The position numbers and the translations under genes were made by a program. From the NCBI GenBank assembly GCA_964016885.1, contig OZ024755.1:18848001-18912000 (forward strand): a DNA stretch of 64,000 nucleotides. The letters are read 5' to 3'. Positions 63,990-64,000 of this stretch are shown one piece after another. The notes under the pieces were generated by a model. It ran no database searches. It was given only the letters and a program-made list of their open reading frames with translations, and was not told the DNA's origin. Origin of the DNA: Eledone cirrhosa (taxonomy: Eukaryota). Within the stretch, counting starts at the first letter, position 1. Every line of letters starts with the position of its first letter.

Positions 63990-64000
63990 TTGTGTGTGTG
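63843..64000. repeat. (TG)n/(TTTGTG)n microsatellite
   Basis: Seen directly. Confidence 0.95.

Overview
This is AT-rich eukaryotic non-coding DNA (intergenic or a large intron) and I see no credible host exon. The repeat content suggests a coleoid cephalopod, probably an octopus (inference). It includes (TA)n/(CA)n/(GA)n/(GAT)n microsatellites, several minisatellites, two abundant tRNA-derived SINE families (one CORE-like, one with a Meta-like central domain), RTE, R4-like and Tx1-like LINE remnants, Tc1/mariner and piggyBac MITEs, and a non-autonomous Helitron. Nearly all long ORFs in the track are repeat artefacts; the real coding remnants are LINE fragments. The most notable signal is a dispersed family of small elements sitting in or beside (TA)n tracts. 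Their architecture is an inverted (fold-back) copy of the element's own 5' part, often a minimal type I hammerhead ribozyme with a palindromic stem III, then a conserved RCTC-Nx-GAGYRCT hairpin tail. The inversion ends about 1-5 nt before that hairpin. Two of these elements are long palindromes with a hammerhead on each strand. They are best read as Penelope-like-element (PLE) pseudo-LTR or retrozyme-type derivatives. All folds and alignments were done by eye.
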